DNA from: an uncultured virus (IMG/VR IMGVR_UViG_3300017613_001373)
Taxonomy: Duplodnaviria > Heunggongvirae > Uroviricota > Caudoviricetes
IMG/VR virus record: IMGVR_UViG_3300017613_001373
Length of the DNA stretch: 54,273 nt
Direction: 5' to 3' (one strand)
Positions 9,090 to 19,107 of the stretch are shown in pieces. The first letter of the stretch is position 1. Each line of letters begins with the position of its first letter. A program made the position numbers and the translations under genes. Below the pieces are notes generated by a model, which had not been told where the DNA came from, ran no database searches, and worked only from the letters and a program-made list of their open reading frames with translations.

Positions 9090-9565
9090 CTACTGATAAA
9101 ATTTTATGTTATGGTGAACCCGCAATCATTACAGATTCATCATCTACACAATATCTAATACGTTATGAAGACGATGTTAAAGAGTGGGTTGACAAAGATA
9201 ATCCCGAATTGATAATACTTGGGAAATCAAGCCGTAAACAACGTAAACCATTAAAGCGCACGAGAATACCCAAAGTTAATAAAAAACGTCGTAAGGAACG
9301 ATTTGAAAGGGATTTCGGGACATCTGAGCGTGTCCTTGCTATTAAAGCAATGGATTGTTCTGTGAGTGGTTGTGTTAATCGAGATATTGTAAACGCACAT
9401 TTAATTAGCAGAGGGTCAGGCGGATCTTATGAAGATATTATCCCACTTTGTAATTTTCATCATAACGAAGAACACAGTATTGGAACTAAATCTTTCTTAA
9501 CTAAGTATGGATTAGATGCAGGGGAAGAAATTAAACGAGTTCGGACATCATTGGGCGAGATATGA
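9086..9565 (+). CDS. HNH-type nuclease (DUF968/Ref-like)
   Basis: CSVSGC...AHLISRGSGG...IIPLCNFHHNEEHSIG..F..KYG. Confidence 0.7.
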   Translation: MTTDKILCYGEPAIITDSSSTQYLIRYEDDVKEWVDKDNPELIILGKSSRKQRKPLKRTRIPKVNKKRRKERFERDFGTSERVLAIKAMDCSVSGCVNRDIVNAHLISRGSGGSYEDIIPLCNFHHNEEHSIGTKSFLTKYGLDAGEEIKRVRTSLGEI

Positions 9566-9647
9566 CCAAAGTACTATTGTAGAAAATTACAATCCTCTCT
9601 ATAATATTATCTATTGAAACTATAAAGATTACTTAGGAGAAAGATAA

Positions 9648-9857
9648 ATGACCATTGATCAAGTATTAACAAATCAAAGTCAGACATGGTTCTACCCCGT
9701 ATTTCAAAGACCAGATGGGCAAATCGGCGTGTGATTCGCATGTGACACTAAACAAGAAGTTATAGAATATTTATTGGATAGGGATGAGAACTTAATACAG
9801 CCAGATGTGAGACAATGGATAAAGATTACAAACATAAAGTATGATGAGGTGTTTTAA
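9648..9857 (+). pseudogene. 69-codon ORF interrupted by an in-frame TGA (9732-9734)
   Basis: Class A promoter and AGGAG RBS; frame stays open after the TGA until TAA at 9855. Confidence 0.55.
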
Positions 9858-9994
9858 TGTCGTTTCACAAATACAGCGGTATTACAATGTGGATGGTGAA
9901 ATAGTTATAATGATTATTACCAACTCGCCCAATAAATACGGTACGCGAAAATACTGGACAGTTAAATTCAATGAGAAAATGGAGATTGTAGGAT

Positions 9995-10951
9995 ATGAGT
10001 GAAATGAAATTTAGCGATAAATATGCTCCCACTGGGATTGAAAATATTTTAGGCAAGAGTCAGAAAAACGCTTGTCGAGTAATGATTAAGAATGAACCAC
10101 AGATTGTTTTGTTGACAGGTGATAGTGGTGTGGGTAAGACAACGACAGCAAAGATTTATGCGTCTCATTTATTAGACTGTTCTGCAACCGATTTAAAAAA
10201 TGAATTTGGTTATAGATATATTAATGCGCGAACAAATTCAGGTGTTGACTTCTGGAAGGGTATTGAGGCTGAGTTTGCATACTCTCAAACGGGACGATCA
10301 GTATTCGTTGTAGATGAGGTGGATCAATTATCAACAGCTTCACAGAAAAATCTCAACAGTTTATTTGAATCAAATTCATTACCTGATTCAGTATTTTTCA
10401 TATTCTGTACGTTAGACCCATATGCATCTAATTTTAAACACGATTTTAGAGATCGTTTAACACCTCGTTTTCAATTAACATCGCCGACTGTCAAAGAACA
10501 AAAACATTTTATGATAGATGTATTTAAACAAGAAGGTATGGTTATCGGTAATGAACCCACTGCAATTAAGAATATTACGCCAGAACAGGCCAATGATGTA
10601 TTTGAGACATCTGATGGTTCTATTAGAGTATTATTGGATAATATTCAGGCGTTATTAGATGGTCATTTTATTAGCGGTGGTGGGGAAGAAGCCGATAATA
10701 TTGTAGATTTGTTATTAGGTGGTGAGCAAGACTTAGGGCGAATTTTAAAGTCAATTAAACATGTATCGAGTTTCACATCTATTCCAAATGCAATGTGTCG
10801 GAGTGTTATTAATAATTTGAGTTATAAAGGTGGGAGAGATAGTGAGCAAAATCGGAAAGTCTTGACGGTATTTGGAAAAGGACTCGATCCCAATGTTGCA
10901 CCAAAGGTCAGTTTTGTCAGATTGGTGGTTGAATTCCTTGACTTGTCATAA
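9995..10951 (+). CDS. AAA+ clamp-loader subunit (DnaX/RFC-like)
   Basis: FSDKYAP N-terminal motif, Walker A GDSGVGKTT, Walker B VFVVDEVDQL, FIFCT sensor 1, DGSIR sensor 2. Confidence 0.8.
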   Translation: MSEMKFSDKYAPTGIENILGKSQKNACRVMIKNEPQIVLLTGDSGVGKTTTAKIYASHLLDCSATDLKNEFGYRYINARTNSGVDFWKGIEAEFAYSQTGRSVFVVDEVDQLSTASQKNLNSLFESNSLPDSVFFIFCTLDPYASNFKHDFRDRLTPRFQLTSPTVKEQKHFMIDVFKQEGMVIGNEPTAIKNITPEQANDVFETSDGSIRVLLDNIQALLDGHFISGGGEEADNIVDLLLGGEQDLGRILKSIKHVSSFTSIPNAMCRSVINNLSYKGGRDSEQNRKVLTVFGKGLDPNVAPKVSFVRLVVEFLDLS

Positions 10952-11006
10952 TAGTGTTGATATACTATTGACGAATTGAAATAATAAATGAAGGAGAAGT
11001 AAAATT

Positions 11007-12287
11007 ATGAATCTATTAACCGAAAGTGATTATGAATTGTTGAGATTATGTGTCAAAGAAGATGTTGCAAAATGGCAGGGACAATTGCCTAATTGGAAAC
11101 TTATCGGAGATCGTTTGGGTAGAACCAATAATGCGGTAGGGAAGCAATATCGCAAACTTGCAAAACGTGTACACGATGCGGGTACAACTATTGATGCACA
11201 ATTGTATGCATATGATCATCAAACAATTAGCGATTATGTAGAAGTCGATCCTCCTAGTGTGACTAATTATGATGACGTTGAAACTATGCATTATGGCACA
11301 ACTATCACTAATACACCTATCGAACAAATGATGATTAACTTAGGTCTTGAACCTAATGAATTTGAAGTAGTTACGGGTAAGTCGTGGGGTTCTCCTACTA
11401 AGCCAATGTTTACTGGTAAATTTGATCGTAAATTGCCCGATGATAGTATGTTCGATAATTTGATGAAACGTGTCTCTGATTTTAATTTAGATTTGCCAAG
11501 TTACACGCGACAAGACAATACACATCGTATGGCAGTTGTAAGCGTGTATGATGTTCATCTTGAAAAATTGATGATAGATGGTACTGGTATCAATGAAACC
11601 AGCATTGCGTATAAAAAAGTTATTTCTGAACTTATAGCCAAGATTCGACAAAATGGTGGTGTTGATAAAATTGTGTTCCCTGTTGGTAATGATTTTGGGA
11701 ATACTGATAATGCGTTGAATACGACTACGTTAGGAACACCACAGCAAAATAGTACAACATGGAAAATTGGTGTTGATAAACAAGCAGAACTCGCTACATA
11801 CGCTATTGAATTATTACGAACAATTGCACATGTAGACGTGATCATGATTGAAGGGAACCATGATCGGTATTCTAACAAATGGTTAGGGAAATTCTTAGAA
11901 GGCTATTATCGCAATACAGATGATGTTGTAGTAGACAACAGTAATAATTCACGAAAATATACACGTTTCGGTAAAGTTGCCTTGATGTTCACACATGGTT
12001 CAGACCTTGCACCAGCCAAGCGACCAATGATTTTCAATATTGAAGCCTCAGAAATGTTTGGACAATGCAAGTTCCGTTATGTAAATAGTGGACATCTGCA
12101 TGGTCGTAAAGATACGGCTATTATGTTATCGGAAGAACATGGTGTTATTGACCGTATTCTTCCGGGATTGACTGGTACTGACCAATGGCACTTGCTAAAG
12201 GGTTATATCGAAAATAATCAAACAGGTGTTGCAACGGTTTATGATGCTACGAAAGGTATTAGTGATGAATTTTATGTTCATGTTTGA
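11007..12287 (+). CDS. N-terminal HTH plus calcineurin-like metallophosphoesterase
   Basis: DVH, GND, GNHD, FTHG, GHLH motifs; WKLIGDRLGRTNNAVGKQY HTH-like segment. Confidence 0.8.
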   Translation: MNLLTESDYELLRLCVKEDVAKWQGQLPNWKLIGDRLGRTNNAVGKQYRKLAKRVHDAGTTIDAQLYAYDHQTISDYVEVDPPSVTNYDDVETMHYGTTITNTPIEQMMINLGLEPNEFEVVTGKSWGSPTKPMFTGKFDRKLPDDSMFDNLMKRVSDFNLDLPSYTRQDNTHRMAVVSVYDVHLEKLMIDGTGINETSIAYKKVISELIAKIRQNGGVDKIVFPVGNDFGNTDNALNTTTLGTPQQNSTTWKIGVDKQAELATYAIELLRTIAHVDVIMIEGNHDRYSNKWLGKFLEGYYRNTDDVVVDNSNNSRKYTRFGKVALMFTHGSDLAPAKRPMIFNIEASEMFGQCKFRYVNSGHLHGRKDTAIMLSEEHGVIDRILPGLTGTDQWHLLKGYIENNQTGVATVYDATKGISDEFYVHV

Positions 12288-12308
12288 TACGATCTAAATA
12301 AGGACATT

Positions 12309-12340
12309 ACAAAAACCTCACTGATTAGTGAGGTTTTTGT
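12309..12340 (+). terminator. Intrinsic terminator
   Basis: ACAAAAACCTCACT-GATT-AGTGAGGTTTTTGT. Confidence 0.8.
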
Positions 12341-12408
12341 GTATATGACCAACGTACCATTGTATGGATTGACCATGAGTGTATAATAAAGTTCAAACGG
12401 AGGTTATT

Positions 12409-12699
12409 ATGGGAAAATCATATAAGAAAGCGGTTGGGAAATATGCACCAGAAGGGAATTGGGGCAAGAAAGAGGCAAATCGAAAAGTGCGTCGAACAAA
12501 AAATATACCTGATGGTAAAGCCTATCGTAAAATATTTTGCTCATATGACATCCATGATGATGTATGGGATGGTCGGTATAGTGAATTGGATGATATGCGT
12601 TGGGAATTTGATACTGGAAACTACGTCCGACCTGAAAAATGGATTAGTGAAAAACCTAATAGTAAAAGAATCAATGGGTGCTGGTATATTAACAAATAG
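12409..12699 (+). CDS. Basic hypothetical phage protein
   Basis: GGAGG RBS before ATG 12409; MGKSYKK...KKEANRKVRR. Confidence 0.75.
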   Translation: MGKSYKKAVGKYAPEGNWGKKEANRKVRRTKNIPDGKAYRKIFCSYDIHDDVWDGRYSELDDMRWEFDTGNYVRPEKWISEKPNSKRINGCWYINK

Positions 12700-12772
12700 G
12701 TAATCTTGTTCTAGCGAAACAGGACTTTTATCCTATTGTAGAAAATTACAATATCCTATATACTTATATTTA

Positions 12773-13033
12773 ATGGATGCAGAACGTAATAGTATTCAAA
12801 TGTTGGCACGAACATATTTTAGTCATAAACAATGTGATCGTAAGAATACGAATATGTTACAAGAGATGTTGTTCAATGAGAAAGGTCTTAATTGGAGTGA
12901 TGTAGATACTCAATTCAAACGTGGTAATATTGTTACTAAAGACGGTGTTAACAATGAAATCCCACGTATCAAGGATGATCGTCAATGGTGGGAAGATTTG
13001 ATCTTTGGTAATTGTGTATACTGGGAGAAATAA
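12773..13033 (+). CDS. Thg1 (tRNA-His guanylyltransferase) C-terminal domain only; catalytic N-half absent
   Basis: DAERNSIQMLARTYFSHKQ..K....LQEML..EKGLNW......KRG matches the Thg1 C-terminal pattern. Confidence 0.75.
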   Translation: MDAERNSIQMLARTYFSHKQCDRKNTNMLQEMLFNEKGLNWSDVDTQFKRGNIVTKDGVNNEIPRIKDDRQWWEDLIFGNCVYWEK

Positions 13034-13035
13034 TA

Positions 13036-13344
13036 ATGAACACAGCGTTTATAACAGATTTACGAGGAACAATAAATGAACCTAAGAAAATGATTGAGCT
13101 TGAACATTACGAGTTTAATGACTTGGTGAACAAAGTGTTTCCATTTCTGGATTATGAGATTGTTGCAACAGGAGAGTTGAAGAATTATTCAAAATTCACA
13201 TCGGATGGATATGGAGACATAGACATTTGGGGGTATAACAAGTTGTTTGAGGGTGATCCTAACACTCATGTTTTAGTTCAGCTTATGATAAACATGGGTA
13301 TATTACCTGATGGATATGAATTCATAATTAGTGTAAATTACTAA
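13036..13344 (+). CDS. Hypothetical protein
   Basis: GGGAG RBS before ATG 13036. Confidence 0.7.
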   Translation: MNTAFITDLRGTINEPKKMIELEHYEFNDLVNKVFPFLDYEIVATGELKNYSKFTSDGYGDIDIWGYNKLFEGDPNTHVLVQLMINMGILPDGYEFIISVNY

Positions 13345-13372
13345 CACCTTCTGGGATGCGAGTTGGGACGAT

Positions 13373-13660
13373 GTGGTAGAGGTGAAAAGCGATGAAGCCA
13401 TTTCAGCAAAACCTGTTGAAGAAGTGGTATTTGAAGATGACCCGATTCAACTTGTCAAAACTGTGTTTCAGCCTACAGACAAGGGTTGGGATATTTTAGA
13501 TAACATCCCTGACGATGTGGATGTGGTGATTGGTTCTATCATCGCGGCACAAGCGTATATCGGTCATATTGTTCGTATGACACCAGCAGTAGGTTTTGAA
13601 CGTGTTCCTGTGGCTGAAAAGCGTATGCGACCTGATAAGTTCACTGTTTTTGGAAGATAG
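13373..13660 (+). CDS. Hypothetical protein, probably N-terminally truncated
   Basis: Frame open from 13337 without ATG or clear RBS; VIGSIIAAQAY...FERVP. Confidence 0.5.
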   Translation: MVEVKSDEAISAKPVEEVVFEDDPIQLVKTVFQPTDKGWDILDNIPDDVDVVIGSIIAAQAYIGHIVRMTPAVGFERVPVAEKRMRPDKFTVFGR

Positions 13661-13696
13661 TACTAACGTACCGTTGCTAACAAATACAGATTGAGA

Positions 13697-13734
13697 TAAA
13701 CTTCTTTCAAGTCACATTGGAAGAAGTTTTTTTT
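13697..13734 (+). terminator. Terminator hairpin containing a promoter -10 (TAAACT); related copies at 14219, 22331, 32921
   Basis: AAACTTCTTTCAA-GTCACA-TTGGAAGAAGTTT-TTTTT with a -35 17 nt upstream of TAAACT. Confidence 0.75.
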
Positions 13735-13756
13735 ATTTAAGGAGAGATGAAGAACA

Positions 13757-14182
13757 ATGTTAGTTTTATATATCGAACCAAAAGAGGAATATCTACAAAC
13801 TGATTTCTATATGATATTGGGACAAAATGAATGGTTTTACAAGGGTGAATATCCAGAACGGAATAAAACCCCGTCTGAAATTTATGATTATTTTATGCGA
13901 GAATTATCACCATTGGTTAATGAAAAAGAAACTTATCTCATTGTCACAGTATCAGAAGAAATGGTGAATGGTATTGGAGTGTTAATTGAAAGGGGGGTAA
14001 TCGAGCCAAATGTGAGTTTATATCTAGCAAACATTGATAGATGGTGTGGTTATGATAATATGGGATGCTTGATAGATTTTCCATATGGGTATTTTAGACA
14101 GTCGCCATTATGGTCTGGTGATAAAGTATTAGATCATATGGATGAGAATCGGTACAGTGGGGATATTAACATGACAGAATAG
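13757..14182 (+). CDS. Hypothetical protein
   Basis: AAGGAG upstream; class A promoter. Confidence 0.7.
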   Translation: MLVLYIEPKEEYLQTDFYMILGQNEWFYKGEYPERNKTPSEIYDYFMRELSPLVNEKETYLIVTVSEEMVNGIGVLIERGVIEPNVSLYLANIDRWCGYDNMGCLIDFPYGYFRQSPLWSGDKVLDHMDENRYSGDINMTE

Positions 14183-14268
14183 TACCAGCGTACCCTTGTC
14201 AACTAAATAAAACAGTGATAAACTTCTTTCAGATTAACGAAAGGAGTTTTTTTATTTAAGGAGTTATT

Positions 14269-15591
14269 ATGTTTATACCAAACGAAATTAAAGAGTTGGG
14301 CAGGTTGGTTGATGATAAAGGTGGACGCTTGTTTGTTGTTGGTGGTGCGATTCGTGACCACGTTATGGGGATTGTACCAGAAGACTTCGACCTGTTGATG
14401 ACGGGATTGGATAAAGATGTTGCGATCCGTTTAATGAATAACCCTAAAAAAGTTATTGGTAACGCACCTGTTTTTAAATGGCGAGGGATCGATGTAGCAC
14501 TTGGACGACGTGAGATAAATACAGGTGATGGGAAACAAGGATTTGATTTCATCGCTGATCCAAACATTACAATCTTTGAAGACCTGATTCGACGTGACTT
14601 TACAGTAAATGCAATGGCTATAGATGTCGTAACGGGTGAACTTATTGATCCATTTGATGGTCTGTCTGATATTCGTGATAGAATTCTTCGGCCTGTCTCT
14701 CCTGCATTTGTAGAAAGTGATGAGAGAGTGTTGCGTGGAGCTAGTTTTGCCGCACGATTGGAAGGGTTTGTAATGAGTGACAGTTTTTGGGATTTTGCTG
14801 AACAGATGTCACCAGACACCATTGCCCCTGAACAAGTTTTTCGGCATTTTGAAAAAGGCATGAAACTCGGTGTAAAACCGTCAAGATGGATTGAAGTGCT
14901 TGATGAGGCAGGATGGCTTGAACAACTTTTTCCCGAACTTCATGCATTGAAATTCTGTGAGCAAGATTCTGAATGGCATCCTGAGATTTGGGCATTGGAA
15001 CATACCATGCACGTTTTGGATGAATCAGAAGGTATTTTGATGAGACTTGCCGCAATCTGTCACGATTTGGGAAAAATTCATTGTACTGTGATTGTTGATG
15101 GTAAGATAACGAGTCCAAGACATGAAAAACATATTGCACCAACTATTGAATTTCTGGATCATGTGGGGTGTTTCGAGACTGACATTAGAGAAACCGTTAT
15201 TAGTTTGGTTAGAGAGCATATGATTCACTCTAATTTCAAGAATAGTCAGAAACCGTCCAAACGCGCTGTACGGCGATTGTCTCAGCGATTGCGTCCTGCC
15301 ACCATTGAACAGCTATCCGAGTTGGTTAGAGCGGATGTAAGCGGTAGACCACCATTACCTAAACACATGCCTGAAAGCATGATTGACATCTTGGAGATTG
15401 CCAAAAGAGAAGACGTGACAATTAAACCATTCGAGCCGATGATGCAAGGCCGACATCTCATCAAACTGGGAATGAAACCGTCAAAACAATTTGGAATTTG
15501 GTTGAAACAAGCAGAGGAAGCAGAGATAGATGGTGTTTTTGACAATATCGACGATGGGATGGATTTTTTGAGAAGTTTAATTTTTGACTAG
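14269..15591 (+). CDS. cca: Class II tRNA nucleotidyltransferase (CCA-adding/poly(A) polymerase family) with HD domain
   Basis: FVVGGAIRD...EDFDL, DLIRRDFTVNAMA, IDPFDG..DI, ERVLRG..FAAR, Q..EWHPE...EHT, ICHDLGK. Confidence 0.9.
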   Translation: MFIPNEIKELGRLVDDKGGRLFVVGGAIRDHVMGIVPEDFDLLMTGLDKDVAIRLMNNPKKVIGNAPVFKWRGIDVALGRREINTGDGKQGFDFIADPNITIFEDLIRRDFTVNAMAIDVVTGELIDPFDGLSDIRDRILRPVSPAFVESDERVLRGASFAARLEGFVMSDSFWDFAEQMSPDTIAPEQVFRHFEKGMKLGVKPSRWIEVLDEAGWLEQLFPELHALKFCEQDSEWHPEIWALEHTMHVLDESEGILMRLAAICHDLGKIHCTVIVDGKITSPRHEKHIAPTIEFLDHVGCFETDIRETVISLVREHMIHSNFKNSQKPSKRAVRRLSQRLRPATIEQLSELVRADVSGRPPLPKHMPESMIDILEIAKREDVTIKPFEPMMQGRHLIKLGMKPSKQFGIWLKQAEEAEIDGVFDNIDDGMDFLRSLIFD

Positions 15592-15616
15592 AAGATGAAA
15601 GATGTTATAATACAAA

Positions 15617-15682
15617 AAGAGTTGTAGAAACACCTTGTCCTTCTATGTTCATACTAAGAAAGGGATAAGGTGTTTTTATTTT
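15617..15682 (+). ncRNA. Candidate ~65-nt terminated small RNA
   Basis: TTGACT(15584)/TGtTATAAT(15606) promoter, then hairpin AAACACCTTGTCCTT...AGGGATAAGGTGTTT with T tract. Confidence 0.45.
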
Positions 15683-15721
15683 TGATATTAGAATAATTGT
15701 GCTATAATAGGGGGATAAGTT

Positions 15722-16468
15722 ATGAAGCATTTAGTAAGAAATTATGAACAGTTTAACAGGTTTGTCAATGATGTATTACCTGATTTACAGAATGATGAGG
15801 TATACTTCTTGTCAATGTCGGCACGGAAGAAATACTTAACCTTAGAGGAACGTGAAAAATATCAATTAGCGAGGACAGAAATGATGCTTCGCAAGATTGT
15901 TCACAGCAAGGATCAACTTCATCACGCCATGAATGAGTTGTCTGCACAAATTTCAGTACGGACAACTAAGAGTGGTTTGATAATGCCTGAAAAGGCTCTT
16001 GTGTGTTATATCAACGTTAATCCATCTAGTATGATCAAAGCCTTGACAATGTTTAAACGAGATATGAATCACGAACTCGCACAAGTAATGAGTGCATTAA
16101 TGGGTGATGGTCAACCAAATTACGATTCAATTAAGTATTCGACACGGAAATTTATGAATTGTGTGCAGAAATCTAAAGGTACACGACATTGGTTAGATAT
16201 TGATGTTGATTCGTTGGATGTAACCTATCGTAATATGCTGGTTCGTGAATTGTCAGATATTGAAAGTCACACAATTGAGACTCATGGTGGGTATCATGTT
16301 TTAATCAATCGGGAACAATTGAACCAATCAAATATTCAATTACATAAGGTTGTTAAAGATATTGATACACAACTTAAACTGGTTGGTGGGGAATGTATCT
16401 TTAATAAAAACGCGATGATCCCTGTGGCTGGAACGTTACATGCAGGAAAATTGGTGTTATTGAATTAG
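15722..16468 (+). CDS. Hypothetical protein with AEP (primase-polymerase)-like motifs
   Basis: WLDIDVD (DxD), IETHGGYHVLI, PVAGTLH. Confidence 0.55.
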   Translation: MKHLVRNYEQFNRFVNDVLPDLQNDEVYFLSMSARKKYLTLEEREKYQLARTEMMLRKIVHSKDQLHHAMNELSAQISVRTTKSGLIMPEKALVCYINVNPSSMIKALTMFKRDMNHELAQVMSALMGDGQPNYDSIKYSTRKFMNCVQKSKGTRHWLDIDVDSLDVTYRNMLVRELSDIESHTIETHGGYHVLINREQLNQSNIQLHKVVKDIDTQLKLVGGECIFNKNAMIPVAGTLHAGKLVLLN

Positions 16469-16545
16469 TACCAAAGACCTATTGTAAAAAATTACAATAG
16501 GTCTTACACTTGTTTCATACTATTTAATAAAAAGGAGAAATTATT

Positions 16546-17811
16546 ATGACAACAAATCAAGCAATTGTGTGTCGAATCAAAACACGACCACATCCAAAAG
16601 CAGATCGACTACAATTAGGTACAGCAATGGGGTTTCAGGTTGTATTAGGATTAGATGTTGAAGACGGGACATTGGGGGTATTTTTTGACAGCAATCTGCG
16701 TCTCTCTGATGAATTCTGTATCACGAATGACTTATTTCCACGATATGATGAAGATGGTAAGAAAATTGGGGGTGGTTTTTTCAACCCTAAGAACGCTCGG
16801 GTAAAAGCACAAACTTTTCGTGGTGAAAAATCATTTGGATATTGGACTTCGTTGGAGTCTTTAACTTTTGCTGGAGATGTGTCGAAACTACGCGAAGGTG
16901 ATCAATTTGATACTTTTAATGATATTAAAATTTGTGAAAAATACATTGTCCCAGTTAAATCAAATACACAAGGTAAGAAACAGCATAGCAATCGTATTCG
17001 TGGTACTAAAATGATCCCTCGTCATTATGATACTGAACAGTATAAATACAAAAAAGATCGTATCGAAGTGGGCGATTTAATTACTATCACTTTAAAAATG
17101 CATGGTACATCGGGACGTTATGGGTTAGTTATTTTACCGCCGCAAGAACCAACTAACATTTTCTTAAAATTGTGGCATAAATTATATCCACAAGAAGATG
17201 TTTATGGATACATTCATGGGACACGAAATGTTTTGTTAGATGACAATGAGGGTGGTTATTACGGAGACAATGGATTTCGTGACAATGTTGTACGTGATGT
17301 GATTCTCCATCAAGGTGAAACAATTTATTTTGAAATTGTGGGTTGGGTCAATGACGAAAAACCGATTATGAATTCTGTCCCGACCAAAACTGTTGCTGAT
17401 AAGAGTTTTAAGAAACACTATGGTGATACTATGACATTTAAGTATGGTTGCCCTGCGGGGACACAAGCTATGTATGTGTATCGTATTACTCGCAGTACTC
17501 ATGATGGTACAGTTACAGAACTATCGTGGAATCAGGTTGTAAATCGCTGTAATGAACTTGGTATCAATCATGTTCCAGAACTTCGTCAATATGTCTTTGA
17601 TGGTGATTTTGAATCATTAGAGATGTATTTAGATGACGTGCATGAGGGGGAAGACATGATTGATCCTTCACATATCAAAGAAGGTGTTGTGGTTCGGGTT
17701 GATACAAAACAGGGTGAACATTATGCTTTGAAATACAAATCATATCTTTTCTACGTTCTTGAGGGAATTGTCAAAGATCAAGGACTTGTGGATATGGAAG
17801 ACATTGCGTAG
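16546..17811 (+). CDS. RNA ligase (DRB0094/Rnl5-like) with N-terminal OB domain
   Basis: HPKADRLQL N-domain; motif I LKMHGTS; FEIVG; EGVVVR; LKYKS. Confidence 0.85.
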   Translation: MTTNQAIVCRIKTRPHPKADRLQLGTAMGFQVVLGLDVEDGTLGVFFDSNLRLSDEFCITNDLFPRYDEDGKKIGGGFFNPKNARVKAQTFRGEKSFGYWTSLESLTFAGDVSKLREGDQFDTFNDIKICEKYIVPVKSNTQGKKQHSNRIRGTKMIPRHYDTEQYKYKKDRIEVGDLITITLKMHGTSGRYGLVILPPQEPTNIFLKLWHKLYPQEDVYGYIHGTRNVLLDDNEGGYYGDNGFRDNVVRDVILHQGETIYFEIVGWVNDEKPIMNSVPTKTVADKSFKKHYGDTMTFKYGCPAGTQAMYVYRITRSTHDGTVTELSWNQVVNRCNELGINHVPELRQYVFDGDFESLEMYLDDVHEGEDMIDPSHIKEGVVVRVDTKQGEHYALKYKSYLFYVLEGIVKDQGLVDMEDIA

Positions 17812-17898
17812 TACCAAAGACCTATTTCCAACTAATAAAACAAGTGATACAATCTTATTAGTTGGAAATAACTTATATAAATTACAGGAGAAACAAAA

Positions 17899-18285
17899 AT
17901 GACAAAATTTCATGGTGATGTGACAGTAGACAATATTGAAGAAATTCGAGAAATGATTTTAGAAATGTTAGAGGACAAAACGTATACTTTCGTGTCTGTA
18001 AATGATTGTTTCGATTTCCCTCATATGACAAGTGTTCGCACAAATCAACAAATGGACGATCATCGAACATCTGTATACTACGGTGAAAATCGTGAATATG
18101 CAGGGTTTAATATTGCTGATAGCTATGGCGTATGGGGATTATCAACCTCTGTTCGACATAATCAGGACAGATCTGGCGAATTCAATAACCCGTATATTGT
18201 TATTGATTGGACAACTATTAAAATCACATATCGCCTTGATCTTGGTCACTTAGTTCATTTGCAGATCAAATTACAGGAGGGTTAA
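17899..18285 (+). CDS. Hypothetical protein
   Basis: AGGAG RBS; class A promoter. Confidence 0.7.
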   Translation: MTKFHGDVTVDNIEEIREMILEMLEDKTYTFVSVNDCFDFPHMTSVRTNQQMDDHRTSVYYGENREYAGFNIADSYGVWGLSTSVRHNQDRSGEFNNPYIVIDWTTIKITYRLDLGHLVHLQIKLQEG

Positions 18286-18624
18286 ATGAACGAGGAATTA
18301 TCAGAAGTCAAAGATGGTACAAATTCAGAATATGCTACAGCATCGGCCAAACATATTGATGGTGAAACGATACGTGGCGATGATGTGATTGAAACAGGGC
18401 GCATTTATTACCCTTTCGTAATTGGTGGAAAAAGTGGTAAATATTATTTAGATCATTTGCCGTCAGGATTTAGTATGCGGAATTATACATGGCGAACATT
18501 AAGAATCGCTGTGAATGTGATTGAACAACTTCGTGATGTGGCAGGATGTGAGGATGAAAATATTTTAGATAACAACCTGAATACTATTCCAAATTTTGCA
18601 GGTGTTATTCGGGATAATTTATAG
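18286..18624 (+). CDS. Hypothetical protein
   Basis: AGGAGG RBS. Confidence 0.7.
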   Translation: MNEELSEVKDGTNSEYATASAKHIDGETIRGDDVIETGRIYYPFVIGGKSGKYYLDHLPSGFSMRNYTWRTLRIAVNVIEQLRDVAGCEDENILDNNLNTIPNFAGVIRDNL

Positions 18625-18666
18625 GAGATTTTAAAAAGATATTATATAAATTAAACAGGAGAGTTA

Positions 18667-19107
18667 ATGACACCATTTATATTACGATTAATGTTGCTTT
18701 TCGGCATTGCTACAACACCATCATATGAGTTTCAAGATACTGGGACGGTGAATGATCGACCTATTCGGTTTTCAATGTATGACACTGATAAGGGTGGTAT
18801 TAATTGTGGGATCAACGGTTGTGCAGAAAGGATTGTACGGTATCAGAACGAGATTTCAGATATTTGTTATATTGCCGCACCACCCGAAATCCCAAGCGGT
18901 TCAACCTTGACGATTAAAGGTGTTCCTTATATTGTTGTAGATCGTGGCCCATTTATTCAAACCATTAAAGAAGGTGAGTATGACCCTGCTTTAGATAGTG
19001 TGGCCGAGTTTGAATATTTATGGGTTGATATTTTAAATAAAGATGGATGTTTAGCAGAAGAATTTAGTTACGGCTGGTTAACGTGGGATTGGGCTTGGAG
19101 TTGGTGA
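18667..19107 (+). CDS. Secreted 3D-domain (double-psi beta-barrel, lytic transglycosylase-like) protein
   Basis: Signal peptide; YIAAPPEIPSGSTLTI...YIVVDRG..I...WVDI. Confidence 0.7.
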   Translation: MTPFILRLMLLFGIATTPSYEFQDTGTVNDRPIRFSMYDTDKGGINCGINGCAERIVRYQNEISDICYIAAPPEIPSGSTLTIKGVPYIVVDRGPFIQTIKEGEYDPALDSVAEFEYLWVDILNKDGCLAEEFSYGWLTWDWAWSW

